A stretch of DNA of 64,000 bases. It comes from Candidatus Sumerlaeaceae bacterium (GTDB lineage: Bacteria; Sumerlaeota; Sumerlaeia; Sumerlaeales; Sumerlaeaceae). Below the pieces are notes generated by a model that made no database searches, was not told the origin of the DNA, and saw only the letters and a program-made list of their open reading frames with translations. Both the position numbers and the translations under genes were made by a program. Position 1 is the first letter of the stretch. Each line of letters starts with the position of its first letter. The stretch is taken from assembly GCA_051003195.1 (NCBI GenBank), contig JBPCLP010000053.1:1-64000 (forward strand), in the 5' to 3' direction. This document shows, in pieces, positions 1 through 10,006 of this stretch.

Positions 1-356
1 TCCTTATACAGCGCCTGGTCGTGGTAGAGCCGCACCGCATTCACGCCCATTAGATCTGCAGCAATTTGTGCGAAGCGCCTCGCTAAGGTAAATTGCTTTA
101 CTCCCTCGTCGTGCCGCCACAGGTTCATCACTTGCAGAAAAGCCTTACCGTAAGTGTCACGGTCCTTCAGATCGCGCTTCTCAGTGTTGTGGCGCCCGGT
201 CGCAGTGCCTATGACTGGATGATAGACATCAAGTTCGACGGGCGAGGCGACTCCGCGTAGCAGAATATGCCCATTCTTTTGATAGTCGGCGGAATCCGTC
301 GAGCTGACACCGTACTTTGAATCGAGACGGGGAAGATCTACAGCACTGACCGACAT
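1..356 (-). CDS. Phytanoyl-CoA dioxygenase (PhyH)-family Fe(II)/2OG dioxygenase, N-terminal part; runs off the window
   Basis: Not in the ORF track. Manual translation from ATG at 356 (GGGAG RBS upstream): MSVSAVDLPRLDSKY...YQKNGHILLRGV...YGKAFLQVMNLW...IAADLMGVNAVRLYHDQALYK, a typical PhyH N-terminus. Confidence 0.75.
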   Translation of the reverse strand, partial: MSVSAVDLPRLDSKYGVSSTDSADYQKNGHILLRGVASPVELDVYHPVIGTATGRHNTEKRDLKDRDTYGKAFLQVMNLWRHDEGVKQFTLARRFAQIAADLMGVNAVRLYHDQALYK

Positions 357-446
357 AAAAACTCCCGAAATGAGAATGGGTTTTGCTGAATCGCTTGATC
401 GATTCAGTCAATAGCAATCCTTAACGCGGAACCAACTGGCGGGCGC

Positions 447-2117
447 CTACTGCTTGTTCTCCGTAACGCCCGCTCCAGCTGCATCCTTCGCATCTACAAG
501 GGTCTTGCTGCCGGTGGTCTCGCCAGGCTCCGGCGCAAGGAAGTCCCGGCCCTTGGTAATGTGCTCAACCATTAGCCGCTTCGCAATTTCCAGCTGGTAA
601 TCGAGGAACTTCGCGTTAGCGTCCTTCTTCTTTGGCTCCGGTTTTTTCGTCGCTCCTTCCGGTTCTGCATCTGGCGCGAGGTTTTTGTCCAGCAGAACGA
701 CACGTTTTGGCTTTGGACCAGTAGTATCAGCATCCTTCCCAACGACGGCGGAACCCATGATGCTATCCTCGTCCTTGTCCTCGTCGCCCTTCATGCTGGG
801 GTCTTTGTCGCTTCCAGGCGCAATCAGGCTCACCGTGGAGTCTTTGTCGGCAGGCTTCTGATTCCAGCTAAAGCGCGACTTACTGGAGGTCTGGTCGTCT
901 TCCTCGGTCGCAGGGTCGCCAAACATGCCATGCTTCAGCAACTCGGTCTCGGCGCCCTTGGGCATCTCGACTGCAACGTCAGGCGTCACGCCAATCTTAT
1001 CGATACTGATACCGCTCGGGGTATAGTACTTTGCGGTCGTCAGGCGGATGGCCGCTGGACGATAGTTACCGTTGTCATCTTTTTCGAACGAGTGATTCAG
1101 CTCCTCGATGGTCTGAACAGAGCCTTTGCCGAAACTGCGCTGACCCTTAATTCCCAGAACGATACCACGACCGTGATCTTTCATCGCGCCTGCAAAGATT
1201 TCAGAAGCGCTTGCGCTGCCCTTGTTGATCAAGACGACCAGCGGCAGATCCGTCGCTGCATCGTTGTCGCAGCGCAGTTCCTGGTTCTGGTTTTTCATGC
1301 GTCCTTTAGTTGAGACAACAAGCTTGCCGCGCTGCAGGAAGAGGTTGCTCGTCTCGACCGCTTCCTTGAGCAGGCCACCGGTGTTGTAACGCAGGTCGAC
1401 GATAACGCCTTTGGCGCCTTTTTCTTTAAAGTGGTCTACGGCTTTACGTAAGTCGCGACCGGTGTTGTCGCTGAACTTCGTCACTCGCACGTAACCGATC
1501 GGCGTATTTTCGATCATCTGAAAGTAGATGCTCTCCACCTTCACGTTCTTGCGAGTCAGCGTAAAATGCAGGAGGTCGCCTTCACCTTCGCGGTAAATGG
1601 TTACGTTTACTGTCGTGCCCTCAGGGCCGGTCAATTTCTTGACCGCGTCGATCAGTGTAATGCCTTCGGTCTTCTTGCCGTCGATTTCAATGATTCGGTC
1701 CCACGGTTTCACGCCGGCTTTCGCACTTGGAGAACTCGGGATAGGAGCAATTACGGTGAGCACACCATCTTTCAGCGTGATGTGAATTCCAATGCCGCTG
1801 AATGCACCTTCGGTGTCTTTTTCAAGCTGGTTATAAGAGTCGGGATCCATGTACTGAGAATGCGGATCAAGGGTCAGGAACATGCCCTGGAGCGCGCCCT
1901 CGAACAGCTTCTTGGAATCCACAGGCTCGACATAACGCTCTTTCACCTCTTTATAAACTTCCGCGAACATTGAGGTGAACTCGAAGAACTGGTCGTCGTC
2001 CGCTTTCTTGACGGTACGTGCGTACTGACCCATCAGGAACAGCGAGGAGAAGATCAGGATCGCTGAAAAGATAAACAGCTTATTATCGAAAGGACGCTTT
2101 GGTGACGCGTGCGACAT
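447..2117 (-). CDS. ctpA: S41 family C-terminal processing protease (PDZ + S41) with a long acidic C-terminal tail
   Basis: N-terminal TM, LDPHSQY, FSGIGI (PDZ), DLRYNTGG, SASASEI, SFGKGSVQ, LTTAKYYTPSG. Confidence 0.92.
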   Translation of the reverse strand: MSHASPKRPFDNKLFIFSAILIFSSLFLMGQYARTVKKADDDQFFEFTSMFAEVYKEVKERYVEPVDSKKLFEGALQGMFLTLDPHSQYMDPDSYNQLEKDTEGAFSGIGIHITLKDGVLTVIAPIPSSPSAKAGVKPWDRIIEIDGKKTEGITLIDAVKKLTGPEGTTVNVTIYREGEGDLLHFTLTRKNVKVESIYFQMIENTPIGYVRVTKFSDNTGRDLRKAVDHFKEKGAKGVIVDLRYNTGGLLKEAVETSNLFLQRGKLVVSTKGRMKNQNQELRCDNDAATDLPLVVLINKGSASASEIFAGAMKDHGRGIVLGIKGQRSFGKGSVQTIEELNHSFEKDDNGNYRPAAIRLTTAKYYTPSGISIDKIGVTPDVAVEMPKGAETELLKHGMFGDPATEEDDQTSSKSRFSWNQKPADKDSTVSLIAPGSDKDPSMKGDEDKDEDSIMGSAVVGKDADTTGPKPKRVVLLDKNLAPDAEPEGATKKPEPKKKDANAKFLDYQLEIAKRLMVEHITKGRDFLAPEPGETTGSKTLVDAKDAAGAGVTENKQ

Positions 2118-2231
2118 TCAGGGGCCTCTTCTTGGATTCAGTCAGCGCGGAAGTCGCGCAGTCTGGGACATGTTAGCCTTCGGATTTTACAGGGGATGCA
2201 TGCATATATTTGATGGAGATAGCGGCAGATC

Positions 2232-2972
2232 TTAAAAATCGCGCCACCGCCCTCGCTCATCATAGGGTGTGGCACGCCGTGCACCAGGCAGCCGCGGCAT
2301 CGGAATGCGGTCGAACAATGACTGAAATTTTATAAATATGAAGCTAAAGACCAGCCCTCCCAGGTGAGTGAAATGGGCAATGGGCCCTTCACCTTCCATG
2401 GATCCGAACAATACCAGGAGTCCGAGAATGAGGACGAGAATCTTTGCTTTAATAGGAAAGATTCCCCAGAAATAAATCGGCGTATCGGGCCAATAGTAAG
2501 CAAATGCGAGCATGATGCCGTAGCATACACCGCTAAGCCCAATAATCGAAAAGTATAACTGCTGCGCACGCAACCCAGGCATTTCCGCATCTGGATCGCG
2601 ATTCAAGTACATGAAGGTCGCAACGAGCAGGTGGAGCAAAACAGCCCCTGCGGCCGTGAAGATCACAAACTTCACGAACCGTTCCGTTCCCCACTTGTCT
2701 TCCAGGCGCATGCCGAAAAACCAGAGACACAACAGGTTGAACAGCAGGTGGGTCGGCCCGCCATGAAGGAAGGCATAGGTAACCAATTGCCACAATCTGA
2801 GCCCGAACAACGTGGTGAGAGGGCTGGCAGCGAACCACAGCTCCAGCGGAAGCATTCGCCCTAGTAAAAACTGAAGCAGGAACACGCCTATGCATACATA
2901 CATGAGCCATTTCACCGCCGGGGTAAACCATTGGCTCATGTTCGAGTTCAGTTCCTGCATATACTCGCGCAT
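2232..2972 (-). CDS. Rhomboid family intramembrane serine protease
   Basis: WQLVTYAFLH, HLLFN, catalytic GLSG and AHFTHLGG, several TM segments. Confidence 0.9.
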   Translation of the reverse strand: MREYMQELNSNMSQWFTPAVKWLMYVCIGVFLLQFLLGRMLPLELWFAASPLTTLFGLRLWQLVTYAFLHGGPTHLLFNLLCLWFFGMRLEDKWGTERFVKFVIFTAAGAVLLHLLVATFMYLNRDPDAEMPGLRAQQLYFSIIGLSGVCYGIMLAFAYYWPDTPIYFWGIFPIKAKILVLILGLLVLFGSMEGEGPIAHFTHLGGLVFSFIFIKFQSLFDRIPMPRLPGARRATPYDERGRWRDF

Positions 2973-4423
2973 CAGGATCTCCCCGTCTCAAATTTTACAT
3001 CCGCTCCCAATGCTGCCAGATGGCTGAAGAATGCTGGATAGCTCTTGGCGACATCGTTCGCGCCGGTGATGCGCACCGGCTTCCGGCAGCGCAGTGCGAC
3101 AACGCTGAGCAGCATGATCACTCGATGGTCGCCTCGACCATCGAGTGTAACTCCACCTTCGTACCCCAAAGGATTTCCTTCGATGATGATCGCATCCGGA
3201 TCGCTGTCGCCGACTTCATTTCCTTCCCAGCAATTCACGCCCAGTTTTCGTAGTTCGCGCAGAGGCTCACTGATGCGGTCGCACTCCTTAATGCGCAGGT
3301 TGCTTACATTGTAAAAACGGCTTCGTCCGTTTGCCAGGCATGCTGCGCCCATAAGTGCGAGCACTGCATCTGTCGCCAGGTCGCCGTCAAATTCAACTGC
3401 GTGCATATCTCCAGCACGGGCAGAAGTCCTGACACCTCCTCCATTCGGGACAAACTGCAATGTGGCGCCCATCTCTTGAAGCACGTTTGCTGCGGCACGC
3501 TCGCCTTGTTCGTCGTCAACCAACCGCTGCAGTTCGACGGACCCGCCCGTAACGACTGCCGCGCTTAAAATGGCAGCGCTGCCTGGCCAGTCTCCGTTCA
3601 CGATATACTCGCCTGCTCTGTAGCATTGCGGTTCTACATCAAAACTCAATAAATCGGGAGAGTACTCGATATGTACTCCCGCGTTTCGCAGGACCTCGAG
3701 CGTCTGGCGAACTGGAGCTTTCGACACAAGCCCGCCACGAACGTCGATCCGTACAGAATGTCCAACCAGCGGAGCGAGAAAGAGCAACGCGCTGAGAAAC
3801 TGAGAGCTGCGCGCGCCGCTGACCTCGATCTTTCCGCCATGCAACTCACCGCCATGCATAGTAATAGGAAGTAATCCATCTACGGACTTGGACCGACAGC
3901 CAAGCTGCTCCAGCGCGTCCAGCAGGTCCGCATTCGGGCGCTTACCCAGGCTTTGAGGATGGCTGGTGACGAATGTGACGTCCGGGCACAAAGCACTCAC
4001 CCCCAACAGCAAGCGTAACACCGCGCCAGCATTGCCGACATCAATCGATTCTCCCGAGACGGCGACATGCGGTTTTCCAGCAACGCCGATGACGTGCACA
4101 TCTTCACCGGTTGTCTCGACTGACGAGCCCAGCACTTCTACACCAGCGCCTAAAGCGCGCAAGCCCCGCTGCATCGCGCGCGCATCGTCACTCGTGGCAC
4201 AGTTACGGACGATGGATTCGCCGTCGGCCAGAGCAGCAGCCAGCAGGTAGCGCGACGTATAATTCTTGGACGGCTGCGCGGTGATGGTACCCTGCAGCGG
4301 TCCTATCGCAGGGCTGATCACTGCATCCGCATAGCACTGCGGCAGCGCAATCAAAGGGTCCGTTTGACGCGGATCACTTGTCATCTGCTTGGATCCCGTG
4401 GCGGTATCCAGCACAGAACTCAT
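2972..4423 (-). CDS. aroA: 3-phosphoshikimate 1-carboxyvinyltransferase (EPSP synthase)
   Basis: PSKNYTSR, GNAGAV, SSQFLSALL, RIKECDRI, DHRVIM, KSYPAFF. Confidence 0.95.
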   Translation of the reverse strand: MSSVLDTATGSKQMTSDPRQTDPLIALPQCYADAVISPAIGPLQGTITAQPSKNYTSRYLLAAALADGESIVRNCATSDDARAMQRGLRALGAGVEVLGSSVETTGEDVHVIGVAGKPHVAVSGESIDVGNAGAVLRLLLGVSALCPDVTFVTSHPQSLGKRPNADLLDALEQLGCRSKSVDGLLPITMHGGELHGGKIEVSGARSSQFLSALLFLAPLVGHSVRIDVRGGLVSKAPVRQTLEVLRNAGVHIEYSPDLLSFDVEPQCYRAGEYIVNGDWPGSAAILSAAVVTGGSVELQRLVDDEQGERAAANVLQEMGATLQFVPNGGGVRTSARAGDMHAVEFDGDLATDAVLALMGAACLANGRSRFYNVSNLRIKECDRISEPLRELRKLGVNCWEGNEVGDSDPDAIIIEGNPLGYEGGVTLDGRGDHRVIMLLSVVALRCRKPVRITGANDVAKSYPAFFSHLAALGADVKFETGRS

Positions 4424-4734
4424 TCGGATTCAGAGGCGCCGGGCACCAGGCGGTCATACGCGTAATCATAAACCGAAACGATAAAAAAGCCGAGCATCAA
4501 CAATCCGAAAAAGAAGTAAAGTCCGCGGGTCTCGTGCAGCGTGAATCGGATAAACAACAGCTGAAAAACACAGAACCCGTCAAAGGTCAGATTGAGCAGG
4601 ACATATCCCCTGAGCGTCAGCTTGCCGTCGGTCAGGAACAGTGCTGAACCAGGTTGTGCACTGTGCGTTGGTGCAGGCCGTACGGCTTCCCTCGGCTCCC
4701 GACTTATTGGATTAGACCGCTTCTTTTTGGCCAC
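4420..4734 (-). CDS. Small membrane protein with two TM segments, unknown function
   Basis: GTG start, basic N-terminus, two hydrophobic stretches. Overlaps the aroA start by 4 nt and starts 5 nt after the TPR gene stop. Confidence 0.65.
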   Translation of the reverse strand: MAKKKRSNPISREPREAVRPAPTHSAQPGSALFLTDGKLTLRGYVLLNLTFDGFCVFQLLFIRFTLHETRGLYFFFGLLMLGFFIVSVYDYAYDRLVPGASESE

Positions 4735-4739
4735 CGCCG

Positions 4740-7526
4740 CTATAGCTGCCTTTTGCTCGTCTGCTTTACCGGATTCGGTTCGGGTGCCGATGTACTCTGC
4801 GGCTCGGCTTCCTGCACCTTTCGCTGCATTTCCTCCGCCTTGTCTTTTTCACCCAGCGCAGAGTAGATCTCGGCAAGATGCTGGTAAATCTCTGCATCCT
4901 GCATGCTCTTGGCTGCACGTTCGATAAAGTCCCGTGCCTCCGCCGGTTTTCCAAGTCGGAAGAGAACCCAGCCCATGCTGTCGAGGATGTGAGGCGCGGC
5001 AGGATTCAGCTCCAGCGCTTTGGTCACAAGAGTGCGCGCTTCCTGCAGCTTGATCCCTCGCTCCGCGTACATATAGCCCAATGCGTTCAGGATGTTTGCA
5101 TTCGTAGGGTTACCTTCGAGAGCTTGCTTCAGCACCTTTTCGGCTTCGTCGTAGCGCTTCTGGTCCATGTAGATTGAGCCCAGCATGTACTGGTATTCGT
5201 CGGGCTTGCCGTTCGGCGTGCGAACAAGTTCCTTGAACACCTTTTCGGCCTGGTCGTACTTCTTTTGCTTGTACAGTGTGATTCCACGCAGCATCTTGAC
5301 GGCTTCGGTGTTCGACTTGTCCAGAGCGCCCTCTGCCTGTTTGATCGTGGCGAATGCCTCGTCGTAGCGCCGAGCCGAGTTCAGCGCGTCTACGAGTAAC
5401 TGGTAATTGTCGAGGCTCGTCGGGTGCTTCTGCACAAGTCCGCGAAATGCGGCAATGGCTTTGTCGAAATCCTTCTGCTGAAGGTAAACATCACCACGCA
5501 ATTGTTCCAGCCGGAACTTATCGGGATCTTTAACCTTCGCAGTATGCGCATCGATCAGGGCCAGGCTTTCGCCGTGCCGCTTCTCCTGGTTCATCACCTG
5601 CACGAGCCGCACCAGGTAGTCGAGCTTCGCGGGCTGGTGCTCCAGCGCTTGCTTCAGCAGTTCAATGCCTTTCTCGACTTTTCCCTCAGCCACATATGCC
5701 TCGCCCGTCAGGGCGAGAACCGTGTCCTTGCCTTCCCCCGCTGCATCGGATCCCTTTTTGAGTAGCGCCTCGGCCTCAGCCTGTTGACCGGAACGCACGT
5801 AGAGCGAAAACAGCTTCGCATAGAGCGGCATGTTCTGATTGGCCAGGTCGAAGGCCTTCGCGTAATGCTCAGTGGCCTGCGCGATATTACGGTTCTTTTC
5901 AAAAAGCTGGCCCAGGACAGCATGTAACTCTGGCTTTGCTCCGGCACGCTCCAGGCCGTTTTTTACAACTTCGATGGCCTGCGTTGTCTGGTTATCTCCT
6001 TCGAGCAGCGTCGCCAGGCTGATATAGAGCTTAAACGCCTTCTGGTTGCGCTCTATGGCGCGCTGGTAAATCTCGACGGCCCGATTGCGATCTTTTCGGG
6101 CGAGCAGCGCTGCGACAATTGCATCGTACACGTCGATTTTGTCAGGGCTGATATCGACCGCTTTTTCGAAGTACTTGGTGGCCTCGTCAAATTGCTTCTG
6201 CTGCATCAGCAGCTGGCCGAGCGCCAGAAGCGACTCGCTATTTTCAGGGTCGACGGCAAGTACATGCTTGAACTGTTCGATCGCACTTTTAATAAAGGTT
6301 TCACGTAAAGTACGGTTGGCTTCGCTGGTGGCCCGCGTCGCTTCGGCTTCGGCCAGCAGGCGGTTGGCATACAGCCGCTGAATCTCGCTGGAATTCGGGT
6401 ACTCTTTGGCAAACTTCTCATATTGCACGAGAATGGCCGGGCGGCCCTTGCTGCCGGCCAGGCGGGCAACCAGGTTCTCAAAACGCTCAAGTAGGTCCTT
6501 GTTCCGGGTGTCAATCAGCAAGGCTCGCTTGTACAGATCCAGCGCATCTTTGTCGCGCTGCATCTGCTCAAACAGCTGGCCAAGCAGCAGGTAGCTGTTT
6601 ATATACCCGCGACGCTGCTCAATTACACGTTCATAATAAGCGACTGCTTCCTGCTCGTGTCCGGTTTTGGAGAGCACGTTCGCGAGGATCAGCAGCGAAT
6701 AGGTGTCGCGCGAGTTTACTGCGACGATGTCCCGGTAGGTCTGTATAATCTTTTCCAGGTTCTGCTGCTGCACATACGCCGCGGCAAGGCCTTTCAGCAA
6801 ATCGAGATTTTTAGGTTCAGCAGCACGCGCTTTCTCATATGCTGCCACGGCCTGGCCGAGTAGTTCCTTACGTTCGCTGGTGGTCGCGGCCTCCGCACGA
6901 CCCATGAGGGTTTGCGCCTTCAGTGTGAGCGCAGAAGTATTTCCTGGATCCTCCGTCAGCAGCTTATTCAGCTGGGCCTCTGCGTCTTCCAATTCACGCG
7001 CGGCGATTTTTGACCGCACCAGCCCCAGCAATATATCGCTGTTGTCGGGCTCCAACGCCAGGGCCTCCTGGAACTGCTCCTGCGCTCTGCCGGCATTATC
7101 CAACTCGAGATAATAGCTTCCCATGAAGTAATGCTGCAGCGCCCCCATGTGCTTGCGTTCCTCTTCGGTTGTTTCGCCCAGGGGGACTTTCATGAAATTT
7201 TCCGGATACAATCCGGTCGCGCTGAAACGGTGCGCCCACTCGTCGCCGATTCGCATCTGCGACCAGCCGGGAAGCGGGCTAACTTTGCTTCCGGTCGTTT
7301 CGAACATTGTATCCGTTGTAATTTGATCGGTCGAATGACCCGATGATGCGTCCACATTCGGCGTCGCAGACGTTTTTACTTCAGTCGAGGTTGCTGAATC
7401 TGAAGTTAGTCCGGTTTCGGTTGTGAGCTCAGCAGTAGCTGTAGTCACGTCCGCAGACGACGGTGCCGGTTGTGCCCATACTAATTGAACAAAGGCGCAC
7501 AACACTGCAATGAACAGGCTTGGCAT
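4740..7526 (-). CDS. Large exported tetratricopeptide-repeat protein
   Basis: Signal peptide, Thr/Ser-rich linker, many TPR units, C-terminal NALGY...ILDSMGW pattern. Confidence 0.9.
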   Translation of the reverse strand: MPSLFIAVLCAFVQLVWAQPAPSSADVTTATAELTTETGLTSDSATSTEVKTSATPNVDASSGHSTDQITTDTMFETTGSKVSPLPGWSQMRIGDEWAHRFSATGLYPENFMKVPLGETTEEERKHMGALQHYFMGSYYLELDNAGRAQEQFQEALALEPDNSDILLGLVRSKIAARELEDAEAQLNKLLTEDPGNTSALTLKAQTLMGRAEAATTSERKELLGQAVAAYEKARAAEPKNLDLLKGLAAAYVQQQNLEKIIQTYRDIVAVNSRDTYSLLILANVLSKTGHEQEAVAYYERVIEQRRGYINSYLLLGQLFEQMQRDKDALDLYKRALLIDTRNKDLLERFENLVARLAGSKGRPAILVQYEKFAKEYPNSSEIQRLYANRLLAEAEATRATSEANRTLRETFIKSAIEQFKHVLAVDPENSESLLALGQLLMQQKQFDEATKYFEKAVDISPDKIDVYDAIVAALLARKDRNRAVEIYQRAIERNQKAFKLYISLATLLEGDNQTTQAIEVVKNGLERAGAKPELHAVLGQLFEKNRNIAQATEHYAKAFDLANQNMPLYAKLFSLYVRSGQQAEAEALLKKGSDAAGEGKDTVLALTGEAYVAEGKVEKGIELLKQALEHQPAKLDYLVRLVQVMNQEKRHGESLALIDAHTAKVKDPDKFRLEQLRGDVYLQQKDFDKAIAAFRGLVQKHPTSLDNYQLLVDALNSARRYDEAFATIKQAEGALDKSNTEAVKMLRGITLYKQKKYDQAEKVFKELVRTPNGKPDEYQYMLGSIYMDQKRYDEAEKVLKQALEGNPTNANILNALGYMYAERGIKLQEARTLVTKALELNPAAPHILDSMGWVLFRLGKPAEARDFIERAAKSMQDAEIYQHLAEIYSALGEKDKAEEMQRKVQEAEPQSTSAPEPNPVKQTSKRQL

Positions 7527-7555
7527 GCCGAGCCTTGAATTTACATCACCAGAAA

Positions 7556-8443
7556 TCAGGAAAAGCCTCCCCAGCGAAGCTTCTCTCGCAGCTTGCCGTA
7601 GAAATCGTCATCGAACACAATGAGTGGCAGGTACACCGGGGCCTTGGAAATCTTTAGACACTGGTCACGACTGATTGTGCAGCAAGGCTGGCCATCTACC
7701 AGGAACTGAGCCCCCTCTAAGGACTTTTGCGGATGGAACTCGACGGTGATTTCCGTCTCGGCAGGCACCACAAGGGGCGCAAAGTACATACGGTGAGGGC
7801 AAATTGCATTGATCACCAGCGCGTCCACCGTCGGTGCAAGCACCGGCCCACCGGCTGCATAGTTGTACGCCGAAGACCCAGTGGCGGTAGCAACGAGCAG
7901 ACCGTCGGCGGAAACATCGGTTGCTGGCAGCCCATTGATGTTCATCCGCAAATGCACCATGTGCCCCCACGCGCTCTTGCTGATCACTACATCGTTGAGC
8001 GCTATTCCGCGGTGCACAACGGAACCGCTTTCGTTTTCAAGCACCGCCTGCAAAAGCACGCGCTTCTCCACACGAGCTCCACACTCAGACACCATATTGA
8101 GCGCATTAACCAGGTCATCCGGCGCAACCTGCGTATGGAATCCGAGACTTCCCAGGTTCACAGAGAGAACGGGTATCCCCAGGGGCGCCGCCACCTGTGC
8201 CGAAAACAACAATGTGCCGTCGCCACCCAATGTGATAATCAGATCGCACCCTGAGAACTGCCCCTGCAATTGCTGGATAGTCGAAGGGCCAAACGGACCT
8301 TCAGAACGGTCGGTTTCTGAGGCCTCGCTGCGCGGGTTTGTTTCGACCTCAACACCAGCCTCTTTGGCCCACGCGCGTATCTGCGCGAGGGCTGCTTCCA
8401 TCCCCGGTTTTTCGCGATTTCCCAGGACAGCGAGTCGCTTCAT
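7556..8443 (-). CDS. nadK: NAD(+) kinase
   Basis: LGGDGT, NLGSLGF, ALND, DGLLVATATGSSAYNYAAGGP. Confidence 0.95.
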   Translation of the reverse strand: MKRLAVLGNREKPGMEAALAQIRAWAKEAGVEVETNPRSEASETDRSEGPFGPSTIQQLQGQFSGCDLIITLGGDGTLLFSAQVAAPLGIPVLSVNLGSLGFHTQVAPDDLVNALNMVSECGARVEKRVLLQAVLENESGSVVHRGIALNDVVISKSAWGHMVHLRMNINGLPATDVSADGLLVATATGSSAYNYAAGGPVLAPTVDALVINAICPHRMYFAPLVVPAETEITVEFHPQKSLEGAQFLVDGQPCCTISRDQCLKISKAPVYLPLIVFDDDFYGKLREKLRWGGFS

Positions 8444-8480
8444 GCGCGCGAAGCAACTCGGCTATGCGGATCGTTAATGC

Positions 8481-9308
8481 TCACGCTCTGTTACTGGCTT
8501 GCCGCAAAACCGCGTCAATATCAATATCGCACGTCAAAGCGGCAGCAGGGCCCGGCTGTTTTGCGGCCTGCAAATGCACCAGGAATTCGCGGTTGCCAGA
8601 GCCGCCATATAAAGGCGACGGCATCATACCTTTTACAGACCACCCAATACGCGGAAATTCATGGCACAGTTCCTTTATAATGCGGCGATGCACTGCCGGA
8701 TCGCGAATCACTCCTTTCCCCTTTGAAACCTCTGCGCGCTGTGCCTCAAACTGTGGTTTAATAAGGGCGATGCATTCCGCTCGATCCGGCATTGCTCGCA
8801 ATAGAGCCGGAAATATTTTCGTCAACGAGATGAACGATACGTCGACTGCCGCAATCTCAACCGTGTCGGGAAAACTCCGCGCCGTTAATTCACGCGCATT
8901 AGTATGCTCCAAAAGTGTTACGCGTGCGTCGTTTCTCACACGAACGTGCATCTGCGAAGCACCCACATCCACCGCGTAAACTCGCGCTGCTCCATGTTGA
9001 AGAAAGCAGTCGGTAAACCCACCGGTTGACGCTCCAATGTCCGCACAGGTTTTGCCGAGCACATCTACCTTAAAATTTTCCAGTGCCGCTTCGAGTTTGT
9101 GGCCGCCACGACTCACGAACTTCTCCGGCTCAGCTACGCGCAACTCCACATCGCCTGGAAACTGCTGCCCCGGTTTCGGGTTATCTGAGCCTGATACAAT
9201 GACCTTGCCCGCGAGAATGAGCCTGCGCGCCTGCTCTCGCGATTCGCTCAATCCGCGCTCCACCATCAGCACGTCCAGCCGCTGCTTTGTGCTCGCGCCC
9301 TTATCCAC
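8481..9308 (-). CDS. tlyA: TlyA family rRNA 2'-O-methyltransferase
   Basis: S4 domain KQRLDVLMVERGL, FVSRGGHKL, DIGASTGGFTD, DVSFISL, LIKPQFE. Start moved to GTG 9308 (track gives 9416). Confidence 0.93.
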   Translation of the reverse strand: MDKGASTKQRLDVLMVERGLSESREQARRLILAGKVIVSGSDNPKPGQQFPGDVELRVAEPEKFVSRGGHKLEAALENFKVDVLGKTCADIGASTGGFTDCFLQHGAARVYAVDVGASQMHVRVRNDARVTLLEHTNARELTARSFPDTVEIAAVDVSFISLTKIFPALLRAMPDRAECIALIKPQFEAQRAEVSKGKGVIRDPAVHRRIIKELCHEFPRIGWSVKGMMPSPLYGGSGNREFLVHLQAAKQPGPAAALTCDIDIDAVLRQASNRA

Positions 9309-9436
9309 CGCAGCGATCCGAAACTTTAGGGAACTTTTCAGTTGACCCACACAACGCATGCTGGGATGCACTGCGGCGCTTGTTGCATGGATTCGTTGCG
9401 CACACCCAACGGACAAATTGAGGAAAGGAGCAGTAC

Positions 9437-9715
9437 ATGACGAAGCAGGAGTTCATCGAAGTTGTCGGCAAAAGAGTCGAGAAGCAGGACGTGAGCCGTG
9501 CAGCGGTTCGCAGCATCGTTGACGCAACCTTTGAGGAGATGGTTAAGGCCATCAAGAAGGAAAAGCGTTTCAGTGTTCCAGGCTTTGGAACATTCACAGT
9601 CCGCGCCCGCAAGGCGAAAACCGGACGCAACCCCAAGACTGGTGAGACGATCAAGATCAAGGCCAGCAAGACTGTTGGCTTTAAGCCGGCGCCTTCAGTC
9701 AAGGAAGCTCTCTAA
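9437..9715 (+). CDS. hup: HU family DNA-binding protein
   Basis: MTKQEFI, GFGTF, GRNPKTGETIKI, FKPA; AGGAG RBS. Confidence 0.95.
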   Translation: MTKQEFIEVVGKRVEKQDVSRAAVRSIVDATFEEMVKAIKKEKRFSVPGFGTFTVRARKAKTGRNPKTGETIKIKASKTVGFKPAPSVKEAL

Positions 9716-9762
9716 GAGCTACAACGCGCCGGGCATCTGCCCGCACGCCGCAGCAAACTTCG

Positions 9763-9803
9763 GGCGGTGGCCGCAAAACAACGCGGTCGCCGCCCTTCGC
9801 TTT
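9763..9803 (+). terminator. GC-rich hairpin after hup, possible terminator
   Basis: GGGCGGTGGCCGC-loop-GCGGTCGCCGCCC followed by a weak T tail. Confidence 0.4.
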
Positions 9804-10006
9804 GTATTGAGGACATTTGTGGCATGATTCATCAGGCCGCATTAGTTGCTGTCTTTTGGAGACTGAAAATAGTGTATCGGACTGGAAACGGGATGGAAGC
9901 GCTCGAAGTTTATCTGGTTACGCTTGATCAATTCGCACTGCGCTCTTGACGCCACTCCCCCACGTCAGCATAAACGCACATCGCACCACCCCGGAACCGA
10001 TAACTC

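Noticed and set aside
229..417. 62-aa minus-strand ORF from the track
   Set aside because: It overlaps the better-supported PhyH-like frame starting at 356.
447..2972. CtpA and rhomboid as the processing enzymes for the PVT..F.IE tag
   Set aside because: They lie in a housekeeping gene run over 20 kb away, the tag has no TM helix for a rhomboid, and nothing in the sequence links them.
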